This document shows positions 27,504 through 41,328 of a stretch of DNA of 64,000 nucleotides, piece by piece. The first letter of the stretch is position 1, and every line of letters begins with the position of its first letter. This stretch comes from Octopus vulgaris (lineage: Eukaryota). The position numbers were made by a program, and so were the translations under genes. The stretch is from positions 76,756,001 through 76,820,000 of the forward strand of contig OX597826.1 of NCBI GenBank assembly GCA_951406725.2, in the 5' to 3' direction. Below the pieces are notes generated by a model. The model worked only from the letters and a program-made list of their open reading frames with translations, was not told the DNA's origin and searched no databases.

Positions 27504-27834
27504 ATGAACAACATTAATAATGAAATATGCAAGGTCTTGGTTAGTAAAAGTAATATTTGGATAGTTCCAGATCTTTACGTTCTGGTTTCAAATCACGCCG
27601 CAGTCAATTTTCTAACAGTCTGCAATGCCCGAAAAGATAAATTAATAAAATGTCAAGCGAAATAACTTGAAGTAGTCCAATATTTCCTTTTATAATTCAA
27701 TTCAAAGCCTGTCTTAGTTTTCTTTTCCTTTCATACATCTACATCTCAGATCGATAAAATAGATACTTAGTTATTGTTTCACCACAGAAAAAGTTTCCAC
27801 CAAAACAAGGAGGTATTTCTTAAGCAATATATCC

Positions 27835-28270
27835 TTTTCTACTCTAGGCACAAGGCTCGAATTTTTTTTTTTTGGGGGGGGTACTAGTCGATTAGATCGA
27901 GCCAGTACGCAACCGATACTTATTTAATCGACCCCGAAAGGATGAAAGGTAAAGTCGACCTCGGTGGAATTTGAACTCAGAACGTAAAGACAGACGTGAT
28001 ACCTCTAAGCATTTCTTCTGGCGTGCTAACGTTTCTTATTTCTTTTCTGCCTACAAGGGGATAAACACAGAGAGGATAAACAAGCACAGACAATCGGATT
28101 GAATCGATTACATCGACTCCAGTGCGTAACTGGTACTTAATTGATCGACTCTGAATGGATGAAAGGCAAAGTCGACATCGGCGGAATTTGAACTCAGAAC
28201 GTAACGGCAGACAAAATACCGCTAATCATTTCGCCAGGCGTGCTAATGTTTCTGCCAGCACGCCGCCTTA
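27835..28270 (-). mobile_element. SINE family A dimer
   Basis: Two cores; the head ends tctgccagcacgccgcctt. Confidence 0.85.
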
Positions 28271-29643
28271 ATGTTTTATACCATTCTCAGTTTTAGCCCT
28301 ACCGTGAGATTAGGGTGGAGACGGATGGATTACATATCTTTATTTTGGTGTAGAAATATTTCAAAACGAAAAGTCTTAGGTAGTATCAGAAAATAGATCG
28401 TTTTGCCAGGATCGATAAACTTAACATCAGTGATATTGGCAATCGTAACCCTGTAGAAAAGAAGGGTAAGCAACATCATAAAATCGTCTATATCCATAAC
28501 ATATTATAAATGTTAAACGAGACACATTCATTCACTGTAAATAAATGTGGAATCACCGAGAAGTATCAACAACCAAGATATATTCTATGCTAACCCTGCT
28601 AAGAAGTTGACGAAATAAACACTGTCGGCTTTACTGAAGCTATGTGCAAAACATTTGAAGTTTGTTACAACCAATGATTTAAATACACGTAATACCTACA
28701 ATTAGTAATGCATTGAATAGAATCAAGACCAATCAGAAATCGAGGAATAGAAGGCAGGCAAAGAAATACTACGTAGATAACGGAAGATCAAATTGGATTC
28801 GGATTTCAAAATGTAGGGGCTTCAAATTGATCCGTATAGGGATAATTTGGTAATAGAATCATATCTCGAGTGAACAATTTGATCAGATTAACCAGAAAAT
28901 ATTGCACATTTTTGACAATGATATTTGGAACCTGTTTTGAATTAATGCAAATGAAAGCAAGAATGAATGGTGTATCATTATATAGAAGGAGCGCGAGACC
29001 TTATTAACAAGCAAAGTGTCATTGTATTAAATTGTGACATATTGAAACCAACACGAAAGTCCTGCCCCTGCAATATTGTTAATGTTGCTTATATTGATAG
29101 TTCCATCTCCTTCAAGTCACACTTTGCTACTTAAACATCTCTCTCTAAAAAAAAAGACTGACACACAAAAGCAGGAAGGAAACGTGGAATCGTATCAAAA
29201 GACTCCTTTTGACGTTCACAGTTGAACACCTTTGCTTCGAGTTCCTTGGATCTGGTTTAACAGAGGAATAAGCCGCACTGACAGCGGTCGTTTGTTGTTT
29301 TGCCGTAAAACAAAAATTTCAGATCGTTTTAAAAAAAGCAAGAAACTCGGTTATTGAAGATTCATCCATGAACATAATCGTTAAAATAATTTGTAAAAAA
29401 AATATTTTGGGATCCATAAACCGGTAAAACGTCTAAATAGCATTCTACAGTCTGAAACATGGAAACAATCCTACTTAGTTATTTTGAATGTGATGCAATC
29501 TGTAAATAAGGAAAAGAAGAACAATATGTCAACAAGGCTAGAAAATATTCTGAATTCATTCCGGTATTAGAGAGAAACAGTTTGCACTCGACTTCTTAAG
29601 ATATGAATAAGAGTGAGATTTTCCGTTGACAAGTCTAGAGAGA

Positions 29644-30115
<472 letters not shown>

Positions 30116-30118
<3 letters not shown>

Positions 30119-30300
30119 CTTTATTGCCCACAAGGGGCTGAGCATAGAGGGGCAAACAAGGACAGACAAAGGGATTAAGTCGATTACATCAACTCCAGTG
30201 CGCAATTGGTACTTAATTTATCGAACCCGAAAGGATGAAAGGCAAAGCCGACCTCGGTGGAATTTGAACTCATAACGTAACGGCAGACGAAATACAGCTA
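30116..30300 (-). mobile_element. SINE family A, 5'-truncated
   Basis: Consensus core and tail. Confidence 0.85.
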
Positions 30301-30984
30301 TATATTTATATTTCGGAGAAAGGAGACTCGAAATGACGAGAGAAGTAGCAAAAGGAAAAGAACGTAAAGTTGTGACATTGTCACGCGGTTCTCTTCCCCT
30401 GATTATTGATAACGAAAAGCGAGTGAAATTTTTTTCCAACTGTGACTCAAAACCGTGTCAATATCTAAAAATCTTGAAGCCACCACGCCGGGTTAGCCAA
30501 CCTGTATACTTATTTATGACAAAGCAAAAACTGAATAATAATCATAGCTGACAAACATACACTTCTGTCAAAATTGGTAAACAAAGGAATCTCTGTCTCC
30601 ACACAAAACATTGTGTACATTTTTCAGTGTCTTTCTTATCAAATTCCTATCGAATGTCATGACCAGTTGCATTGCATAGAAAGCGTGCCTCGGTGCGACT
30701 AGTTTCATTAGTAACTTGCTGTTCGGTCATGTATTATTCAACAAATTAGAAAACATAGAATTACTTTTAGCAATTCATTGTAACACACCTATGTCTACGC
30801 TGATGTGTAATGCGTGTGGGGGTGTGTATGTGTACATGGATGTTCACGTGTGTATATATATATACATGTGTGTGTCCTAGTATTAAGAATGGGAAGAACA
30901 GAAATTCACTCATATTATGTTTACTATCATATGTATGTGTATGATAGTAAACTATCATATGTAAGTGTATGTATGTGTGTATTT

Positions 30985-31210
30985 GCGGCGAGCTGGCAGA
31001 AACGTTAAGCAGGCCGGACGAAATGCGTAGCGGTATTTCGTCTGCGGTTACGTTCGGAGTTCAAATTCTGCCGAGTTCGACTTTGCCTTTCATCCTTTCG
31101 GGGTCGATTAAATAAGTACCAGTCAATCACTGTGGTCGATATAATCGACTTAATCTCCTTGTCTGCCCTTATTTGTACCCTCTATGTTTAGCCCCTTGTG
31201 GGCAATAAAG

Positions 31211-31264
<54 letters not shown>

Positions 31265-31290
31265 CTTTATTGCCTACAAGGGGCTAAACA
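30985..31290 (+). mobile_element. SINE family A, full monomer
   Basis: gcggcgagctggcagaaacgttaagc...ccccttgtgggcaataaagaaat, (TA)n, then a short inverted tail fragment at 31262-31290. Confidence 0.85.
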
Positions 31291-32233
31291 TATATATATA
31301 TATATATATATGTGTGTGCTTGTATGTGTGTATGTGTGTGTGTATGTGTTTGTGTATCTGTCTGTCTGTCTGTTTGTATCCGTGTGTGTGTATCTGTCTG
31401 TCAGTCTGTGTGTATGCGTGTGTGGATGCAAGTGTGTTTAAGTAAGTGTAGGTATGTGTGTATTTGCGCGTGCGCGTATGATAGTAAACATAGTATGAGT
31501 GAATTTCTGTTCTTCTCATTGTTAATACTCGGACGCACATTCAAGCACACGCATGCGTCGCGCGCGCACACACACTCACACAAATATATATATGTAGTAA
31601 GCGAAGAAGGATGACTCAATCGAGGTGTTCCCCACGAAAGGCATTCAACCACCGGCGGCTGTCTGAAACTGTATGAAGAATTTCACTCGTGGTAACTTAG
31701 TTTTTGAACAACGAGAAAATCTCGTGAGGCTTACCTCCGCCGTAAGAGTATAAATACAATATATTTAAGAATGGATTTTATTGTATAATGTTTTTTCCAA
31801 TGTTTACAACAACAATTATTTCATATCTAAAGACAAGCGTAATTGGTTCCTTCGATTTGTAGAAACGATTGTAAACGATAGAATAAACTTTACGCTTCCC
31901 ACATATACACGCGGACCAATATATATATTTTTGTATGTAATATGTAAATACATCTGCGTGTATGTTTGCGCGTGTGCGTGCAAATCGTGCAAATCAATAG
32001 CGCACGAATTTGGGTTTTTCGTATATTTTGTAATATAAAATAAAACATTTTAAACTCATGAAATTCAATATCGATCTAAAAAAGTAAATAAAATCCTTAT
32101 TCAACAGGGTTTGTTCCTCCATGTGCAAGGATAGGGATCGATCTTGTGAATGTTAAGTTATGGTAATCCTGCGTCAGACAAATATTACGCATTCTCAATT
32201 CAGAAAGAATTTAGTGGAGTATAACAAAGTACG

Positions 32234-32478
32234 TGGAGGCGCGTGGCTTAGTGGTTAGAGTGTCAGCACCATGATCGTAAGATTGTGATTTCGATTCCTG
32301 AACCGGGTGACGCGTTGTGTTCTTGTGCAAAACACTTCATTTCACATTGCTCCAGTCCACTCAGCTGGCAAAAATGAGTAACGCTGCGATGGACTGCCGT
32401 CCAGTCCAGGTGGGAAACACATACGCCATAGAAACCGGGAAACCTGGCTAGGCTTTAAAAGGGCGCATTTATTTTTTT
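32234..32478 (+). mobile_element. SINE family D (tRNA-like head, CORE-like domain, distinct tail)
   Basis: ggaggcgcgtggcttagtggttagagtg...ttcgattcctg. Homologous to 50425-50670; a second tail-only copy lies at 32634-32720. Confidence 0.8.
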
Positions 32479-34724
32479 ATTATTATTTTAATGACTTTGT
32501 TGTTATTTTGTCATCGTTGTAGAAGTTTTAGATGTCTCCATCCAGGCCAGACCTGACCCAGCATAAATTGGTCAATGTAATATCTACCGTGTTGATCCTT
32601 TCATGCCCATCCTGTCTTATTCTGTATTCAGGATGTCCAGCTGGGGAACACATACGCCATTGAAACCGGGAAACCGGGCCCCTGAGCCTGGCTAGGATTT
32701 AAAAGGGGGCATTTATTTTTATAAATTATAACAATGTATAGGATATACGAATTCGGACGTCGGAGGACCGGTCAGTTTTATTAGTATAAATGTGAGAAAT
32801 AGAAAGGTGTATGAGCGATGAAAGCACCAGACAACAATGTTTCATCAGTACTTTAAAATCAAAACTATTTTAATAGACATACGATTTAACTTGCAGGAGG
32901 TAAAGGAGGTAAACTGTTGCCATGAATATGTAACACGTGGACAGAAAAATGGATCTCTAGAAATGTCTTACGTCCAATATTACTTGTATCAGATGGTTTA
33001 GGAGCTGTTATTAATCACTCATTTTGCTGGGAATAGTGGTTATATCCTCCTCAAAACATCATTATCTTCTTAATAAAGGGTGGCTAATTTCATAACAGCT
33101 GAAATACTATGGATATGGCTTTTGTTCGAACGGCTATGATCGTATCTCTGGCTTATCATGATGGATGTGAACGTAGATTTGGGGGTCTATCTAAAATGAG
33201 GTCTGTTTTGATGAAAATATATAGCGAGCATGAGTGGCTGTACAGAATGTTCTGTTCCTTTTTACTTTATTTGTAACAAAGTAGTTTCTGAAACACGGAG
33301 CTAAGGGTCGGGCCAATATGGGCCAGACAATTGAATAAAAACCCCGACGTGATAGAAAAAAACTTCCATTTTTAGACTCAGTGATACCAAATTACCCCAA
33401 AACAAGTCTGGAACTTAGGTCAGCAGGAAAAAAGTTAGAATTTGTTGGTCAGTGTAATCAATGAAAAAGCTTATAACGCAAAAGTGGCTTATATACAGCC
33501 GCCTTCTTCACAATTTAGCAGCGTGTCAATAAGCTACAACCGTCCTCTGCGGGGAAAAAAACATGTTGTGTCATTAAGCCATACCTGACCTTAAATGTTT
33601 AATATCTTATTTACTCCAGATATAAAAAACAGGTAATCATTTCCACACGGACAGTTCCTCCAGCTTAACCACAGTTTAGTGTTTCGCCCCTCTACGTGTC
33701 CCTTCAAGCTTTCTTGCTTAATGCTTATTTATATTTGAAGTAGTTTTGATAACTCTTTCCACGCACCTTCTTGTTCCAGTGACCATGTCTCTTTAAGTGA
33801 ACATCAACAAGTGAAAAGGCCAATCCTTGAAAACTGCTCGAATTTAACTGACAATTTCATGTTTCTTTCATGGCCTGCTCCGAGTTGCATACTCATGGGT
33901 TTGGGGAAATCATCATCGTTTTCTCAAAGCGCCAAATACCAACACAGGAGATGTCGACTCCAAGAGTTCTTGCTATAACATAATATACATTTGTAACAAT
34001 TACTTCCATTCAATGTGTAGCTTCTCAGTTCAGATTGACAATGAAAGAAAATAAAATAATGAAGATGGTACAGACGTAAAGTTAACAACAAATGTGCAAT
34101 TGAAAGCTTTATTCATTGAAGCTTGAAAACTATTTAAATTAACGACATTAGAAAGAAAAAAATGCATATATATTTACATAGGTAATAATTGCGAAATAAC
34201 GCATTATAAAGTAAGTCGTTTAAGTTTAAAGAAAAGAAGCCGACTTATATGAGAGCCAAGAGAACCCAGATAACTCTGATAATGTGTATGTAGGTTTGAA
34301 TGTACATACATGTATATATGGTTCCATACATTGTGTGTCTGTGCTTGCGTGTGTGTTTGTGTGTGCATTCTTGTATGCGTGCAAACGAACGCACACGTGA
34401 TGTGTGAAGGAATATGTAAATCGTCTAAGATTTACACCCATGGATTTATTACACACTGTATGTCGTATGTACGTGTTACAAATTTTCCACACGCACACAC
34501 ACACACACACACACACACGCATATATGCATGTATATGTATATATGTACGTATGCATATTCATGTGTATATGTAGCACAAACACACACAAACATGTATATA
34601 TATATATATATATTATATATATATATATGTATAGACACATACATACATATACATATTTATATACATAGATATACTTATATATATATATACATATATATAC
34701 ATACATACATACATACACATACAT

Positions 34725-34757
<33 letters not shown>

Positions 34758-34825
34758 CATATATATACATATATATATATACATATTATATATATATACA
34801 TATATATATACATACATACATATAC

Positions 34826-34856
<31 letters not shown>

Positions 34857-35247
34857 CAGTCTTGTTTTCTTTTTTTATAGTCTGACAATCAATCGAGTTT
34901 AAATCGGAAGATTTCTAACTAGGGAATTCCGAACAGGAAATGGGCTGACAAACAAGAAGATTCTATTATGGAAAGACGTCTTGCCATTGTCAAGTGAAGC
35001 GCATTAGCAGCTGCTTTTACTGAATTTGCCTTCGGCTCTATTGCGTCTGCGTAAGGATATAGCAAGCAAGACGGAAGAAGGGGGAGTGCAAGGCAAGAAC
35101 CAGAGTCAGAATGCAATGCAAGGGACTGAAGGATACTTCAGAGAAGGAAGGGTTATATATTGAGAGAGTTTTGAACAAGCTTAGAGAAGATAGACATAGA
35201 GGTAGGAAAGAGAGACAGTGAGTTGGACGTGGAGTGTGATATATGGA

Positions 35248-35313
<66 letters not shown>

Positions 35314-35934
35314 TATATATATATAGAGTATGAGATGACAAGGTCCTCAGCTGCTCGAACGTTTAGAAGGAAGAGCCAAAATACATAGTGCCCGTTTTAC
35401 CGCCCTACATCGGTTATGGATGCCCCAAATCTGTTTGCTGTGAATTTTGTTTCACTCATTTTTTTCTCCCGGGCTTTCCTCTTGTTCAACTCTGTCTCTC
35501 TGTCTCTCTATCTCACTCTATCTAACTATCTGTCTATATATCTATCTCTCTTTCTTTCTCTTTTTCTCTCTCTCACTCTCTCTCTCTCTCTCTCTCTCTT
35601 TCTCAATCTGCTCTTAATATTTCTCCGCCAATCCCTGCACTCTCCTTCCCTGACTTCTCCACCCTTCTGCAACGTCATACTCACTCATGTGGAACGGACA
35701 ACTAATCAATCAATTGCAGCAAAATGGTTATTGACTTGACGACAAGTGCTTCGGTGGACTTGTCCCAAGAAAGATAGCTGTCAAGTACCAAGTGACAAGT
35801 GACAAGGATGTCGCCAATTTAAAATAGGACCCGGATGGAGAAGGTAATCCTAAAAAAAAAATATCTATTAAACACATGAAGGGTTCTTTCATGACTCACA
35901 CAACAGCGTTTCAAAATTAACGATTGCAACAATT

Positions 35935-35996
<62 letters not shown>

Positions 35997-36046
35997 AATA
36001 TGTATGTATATATATATATATATATTTACATATGTATGTATTTCTG

Positions 36047-36098
<52 letters not shown>

Positions 36099-36464
36099 TA
36101 TATATATAAAAAAGTTAAATAATGAGGGTAGAAATTAATATTAATTAAATTAATATCAATTTAAATTAGTGGCCTAGTATATTTTTCAAAAGACTGAAAA
36201 TAAAGACAATTATATTACATATATATATAAAGAGGAATGACCACCAGGTTGATTCCTAATATACTAGAAGACCCCAAATGGTCTAAACACAAAGACAATT
36301 CTTGAGAACAATTTTGTTCGTGATTAAACCATTTGGTCTATACAGATTATGGGGGTTTAGTTCACAGGTGATCTAAACGATTAGGCATGTTAAGTAAGTG
36401 GTGTAATGAATTATATATATAGTGTTAAGAGAGTGTTGAATAAATGTAAAATGAAATCAAATTT

Positions 36465-36628
36465 TTTTCTACTCCATGCAGAAGACCCGAAATTTGGGAG
36501 GAGGAGGCCAGTCAATTAGATCGACCCCAGTATGCAACTGGTACTTAATTTATCAACCCCGAATGGATGATGGGCAGAGTCGACCTCAGCGGAATTTGAA
36601 CTCAGATCGTAAAGACAGACGAAATGCA
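36465..36628 (-). mobile_element. SINE family A, 5'-truncated
   Basis: Consensus core and tail. Confidence 0.8.
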
Positions 36629-37261
36629 AAATGAAACCAAATTAAAAAACAAATGATAATGATGATGATGATGATGACATTGCTTTGATGAATATATTGT
36701 TATGGCGACGACATCCGTGTCTGTTATTTCCACAGGTGCAATGGTTGGGAAAAATTGTTTTAAATGTGAGGTTCTAGAGGTATCGGTAAATTACTAAGAA
36801 ACTGATTATATGCATAATTAATTTGCAGATGTGTGAGGGGGTCCCTACAGAATGAAGCAATCCTAAGGTCCAACACAGGAACCCTACAAATCCTGGATTA
36901 CTCTGACCACCAAAAGTAGCTCTTTCTCAGTCTATAGTTACAAAATGGGATTTGCTCCATCTATTTAGATGATGCTACTCACCTCATCTGCCATTGCTAA
37001 ATATGCTGAAGAGTTGCACCCCGCCTTCTCCAAAAGGAATTTGGTAAAATCGATGTGGGCTTCACCGAAGAGAAAAGTAATTGTCACTACACGTTTCAGT
37101 TTCGTCCTCTAAAGAAGCACTTTAGGTTTGGTCAGCAAATCGGGTTGGTCTTCTTGGCAAAAAAAGATAAAGACAGAGTAATCTTAGTGATGGATACTCT
37201 CGAAATCTGAATCAGTCCTATACGCGACAACAGCTGTTCAACAAAACTTCACATATAAAAT

Positions 37262-37679
37262 CAGCAAGAGTGGCTGTGTGGTAAGTAGCTTGCTAACCAA
37301 CCACATGGTTCCGGGTTCAATCCCACTACGTGGCATCTTGGGCAAATGTCTTCTGCTATAGCCCCGGGCCGACCAATGCCTTGTGAGTGGATTTGGTAGA
37401 CGGATTTGGAAGCCTGTCGTATATATGTATATGTATATATATATATATGTGTTTGTGTGTCTGTGTTTGTCCCCCTACATTGCTTGATAACCGATGCTGG
37501 TGTGTTTACGTCCCCGTCACTTAGCGGTTCGGCAAAAGAGACCGATAGAATAAGTACTGGGCTTACAAAAGAATAAGTCCCGGGGTCGAGTTGCTCGACT
37601 AAAGGCGGTACTCCAGCATGGCCGCACTCAAATGATTGAAACAAGTAAAAGATAAAAGATAAAGATAAAAGATAAAGAT
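37262..37679 (+). mobile_element. SINE family B, full length with (TAAAAGA)n-like tail
   Basis: gtggctgtgtggtaagtagcttgc...gggttcaatccc...ggcggtactccagcatggccgcactcaaatgattgaaacaagtaaaagataaaagat. Confidence 0.9.
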
Positions 37680-38932
37680 ACGAAAATACTGAACGGGGGA
37701 GGTGGGGGTGTAGAAGTGGTGACAACACGTTGTAACTGTTTGAGGATTTCTCATCGTGGTTGCGTAAACAGCCGTGCTTTATATCGAATCTAATTGGGAT
37801 TTCCTGAATAAACTTGTTGGGTAACGATTCGTTGCTTTTGGGACAAAAATCGACCAAACAATCTTTTCTTTCACCAACCTCATATCGAGAAAGTTGGCGA
37901 GACGGCATTTCTCCTCCTTATATATTTTGTGTATTTTCATTGAAATTTATTCCGGGTCGTGTTCATTTAGACTACCGAAGCCAATGTTAACTCCATTGTC
38001 ACAAGCATATTCTGCTGTTTATTCAGATAAAATATGTCTAAAGATAAAAATGGATTTCAGCCCCAAAAGACTCCCTGTTAAGGAAACTGGAGCATAATTC
38101 TTTTTTCTTTCTAATGTAACTCCCCGAGCAGGTAGGAAATCCTTTGCTGCTGCCAAACTATTTCGGTGAATATAAACAGGCAAAATTGTATTATGTTTTT
38201 TCTCATCGCTACACGAATTACTACAACTGTTGCTAGGGATTTTATATATAAAAAAAGAAATTCCTTCAGTTTGCATGTGTCTTGGAGCAAATTTCCAATT
38301 CATATTGATTTTTGTTTGTGATATGTTTGTGGATGCATTGCTTCTGCATCACGTTGGCACTTTCTATCGAACTCAAGTCAAACACCTAAATATTTCAATA
38401 TCATTCTTTTCAGACAAACTAGGTGACAGAAATGAAATACATTTACCACCTTTCTTTGTAATGGTTTACATGACAACACTCACAAAAATCCTACGATTTC
38501 TCAAAAATATTCAACAAATCTATTGATGTTGACAAAATATGGAATTATAAGTAAATCCAACTCTTAGAAGAGAAGTAATTGAAGCGAACTTCCTCTCTCT
38601 CTCCCCACGCTTATTCTGACAAATGTTATCAGTTTTAACTACGGTGTCTGGATTGGTATTTGCGATGAGTGCTTTGGGCGGACAATAAGTTATGCTTATT
38701 ACTGGGACAAAGATAAGTTAATGGTATCTAAATCACAGCTACAGTCATTATACAGTTTGCTTGAAGATTTTAAATGCGAACGGATTAGCCGTCAGGGTGA
38801 AAAGAAGTGCAAAATACGTGAATCAATTAAGGACACTAATGGTAATGATAGATAAGACCAACTTACAAATATTTAGGAATCAATAAATGCATTCAGTGGA
38901 AGAAGAATTTAAGAAAAAATATGTTATAGCTT

Positions 38933-39273
38933 TTACGGAGATGTACTTGCATAGCAAGTGACCTGGTCTGAGATCGTGTGCTGGAACGAAAACACTTGCA
39001 GCGTGGAAGGTGTTTATAAGCCATTTAAAAACACAAAAACCTTTAGATTCACTTCAACATTTATATTTAATTTGCCAAAATATTTTCGTCGCTTTGAGAC
39101 CGCGACCTGTTCACTGACAAAATTCCGTGCTGCATCTCTCAGATGCAGCACGGATGAAGAGGTTGCAGTCTCAAACCGATGAAAATATTTTGGCAAATTA
39201 AATATAAATGTTGAAGAGAATCTAACGGTTTTTGTGTGTTTTAAATGGCTTATAAAAGCCTTCTACGCTGCAA
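38933..39273. repeat. ~280-bp imperfect palindrome (foldback/MITE-like) with a 5' extension shared with 1213-1253
   Basis: Arms 38996-39137 and 39141-39273; centre tccgtgctgcatct-ctc-agatgcagcacgga. Confidence 0.85.
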
Positions 39274-39868
39274 TGGTTTATGTTATAGGTGAATTCGATA
39301 AATACTTAAAGCAGAGTTTAATAAAAAAAATATTAAGTTAAATGGGTGTCAAGCTGGCTAAATAGTAGAATATGGTAGTCCTAGAAATCTTAATTAGATT
39401 CTTAATTAAACAACAAGCCTAAACAGAATTAAATGAGTTCGTTTAGAATATATTACTCCAAAGTGACATAGAAACATTTCGTTTATCGCAAATATGTGGC
39501 GGTAAATAAAGGTCTTCAACAACTAGAAATTTTAAACATATACAATGGAGATACCGTGTAATGAACAGATAATATTTAATACAATCACATACACAGCACG
39601 GGCGAAATAAAAGCTTTTCTCACTTGAAGGAAATTAAAAAATACTGAATCGAAGCTGAAGTAAAAGAATACAGATGAACGGTGTGTTCTTTAATGCCCTG
39701 TTAAAACAAAGCCAATGCTTGAACGAAAGAATGCAAAACAAGCGAGAAAGGCGAAGATAGAGAAAGAAAAAGAATTGTCCAGGTTGAAAAGCAAAGGATT
39801 CAAAACTATGGGTAACTGAGAGATTCCTGAATTTGTGTCTTCTTCTTATGTTAACGATGATTATAAAC

Positions 39869-39945
39869 TATAAGAGAGCGTACATAAAATATAAGAGAGC
39901 GTATATAAAATATAAGAAAGCGTAAAAATATAAGAGAGCGTACAT
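39869..39945. repeat. Short tandem repeat, ~4 copies of tataagagagcgta(c/t)ataaaa
   Basis: Seen directly. Confidence 0.85.
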
Positions 39946-40076
39946 TGCGATATCGTTAGAGCGTCAGACAAAATGTATTGCAGTATAGTTGCAGCTGGTT
40001 CGTTTTTGTGTTTAGAATAACATCCTTCCCCATAAAATGCTTGGCCTCAAACCTTAAATTTTAGAAATCAGTATCA

Positions 40077-40430
40077 AACAAGAGGACTCAGAGAGCACAA
40101 ACCTCTGCCAAGGCAATACCAACGTCGTCTCAACGATTAGCCAGAGATGATTTGTAAAATGAGAATATCTGAAATAAACTCGACTGCTCTCACAAACGAG
40201 AATACTAAAAATGAACCCGACCACTCTCAAAAATTAAGTAAAAAAAAAAAAAAGGAAAAATAAACTAGAATCCTTGTCCGGTACTTTACCGACCCTAAAG
40301 TCTAATCAGTTCGTGCCAGTCACGAGGCCAAGCATCCCTGAAAGTTTCATCCGAATCCATCCAGTGGTTCTAGAGATATCTTGTCTACGGACAACCAAAC
40401 ACAACTGGAAACAATACCTCCGCCTTAGCG
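40077..40430 (+). mobile_element. DINE-1/Helentron-associated-like non-autonomous element, 3' hairpin truncated
   Basis: Starts aacaagag...cacaaacctctgccaaggc, contains aaagtttcatccgaatcc...gagatatc...acggacaa, ends aaacaatacctccgcctt. Family assignment is from recalled architecture. Confidence 0.55.
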
Positions 40431-41174
40431 TGATAACGCGTATTTGGTATCAAATGAAAGCGCAAAATACAGCAATCTCGAACGACTCTTACATGGTCAC
40501 TCGATGTGCTAAAAATAGCAACAGAATTTCCTTCATATTAAACACATTTACCTAAAAATAAATAAATCAATTACTTTCGGTAGTGTAATGAGGGACCGAC
40601 ATAATCTGAACAAAAGATGGATGCGTTGTCATAATAAAATGTTGTGAAAATAAAGCAAAGAACAAGATTAGAAGCCAGCAACAACAAGAGCTGTTGAGGC
40701 GTTCATCCATATGAGGCTAAGATATGAGAAGCATCTGTCTGAAGTTGTGGACAGGCAGAATAGTGAACGCATCAAATGACATAGCATGTGAATGTCTACA
40801 TTCTGAGTTCAACTCCAGTCGTGGCCTAATTATGTGGTGGATACGCCTCTTCGCCTTCAATGAATAAGTTTACTTTGATTCAAGGATTCCGGCAGCGTTT
40901 TTACGATTTGGGAACAACTTCCTGTATCAGATATCCTGACAGTCTTCATGAGAACTACTACACTCCTTGACTAAGCGCTATATGTATATATATATATAGA
41001 TAAGAAAGTTGGTTTGTGAAAGCACGTGGGTGAATATATAAAAAATAGTAAAGAGTGAAAAAACGACAGAAGGCTTAAATGTTAAAAAATATATATATTT
41101 GCGTCAATATGTCTGAAGAATATTAGAAAATTTTTTAAACAAATTTTTTTTCCTTTATAATGACATAATTTTTA

Positions 41175-41213
41175 AAGAAAGACCGGTTTCGCATTTAGCT
41201 TTTCAAATTTCTT
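41175..41213 (-). ncRNA. Putative minimal type I hammerhead ribozyme (U3:A8 variant) in the Penelope 3' repeat
   Basis: aagaaa t TTGAAAA gc taaat gc GAAA ccgg TC tttctt: 6-bp stem I, 2-bp stem II, palindromic stem III. Confidence 0.6.
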
Positions 41214-41328
41214 GTGACGTTATGTTTATGTTTATGTTTAATAGAGTTATCCTTGTGTTTAAGCTCCGGAGAGTTCTAAATAAGGGAAGGTAGTGGGTGA
41301 TTTCTTCCGGTGTAAGGGAGATAATCGC

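Noticed and set aside
32780-34140. Possible decayed DNA-transposon pieces (terminal-like sequence near 33370-33460, Tc1-like traces)
   Set aside because: No paired TIR, TSD or clear catalytic motif could be read.
37261-37908. 215-aa minus-strand ORF
   Set aside because: Mostly the antisense reading of a SINE B copy; no recognisable domain.
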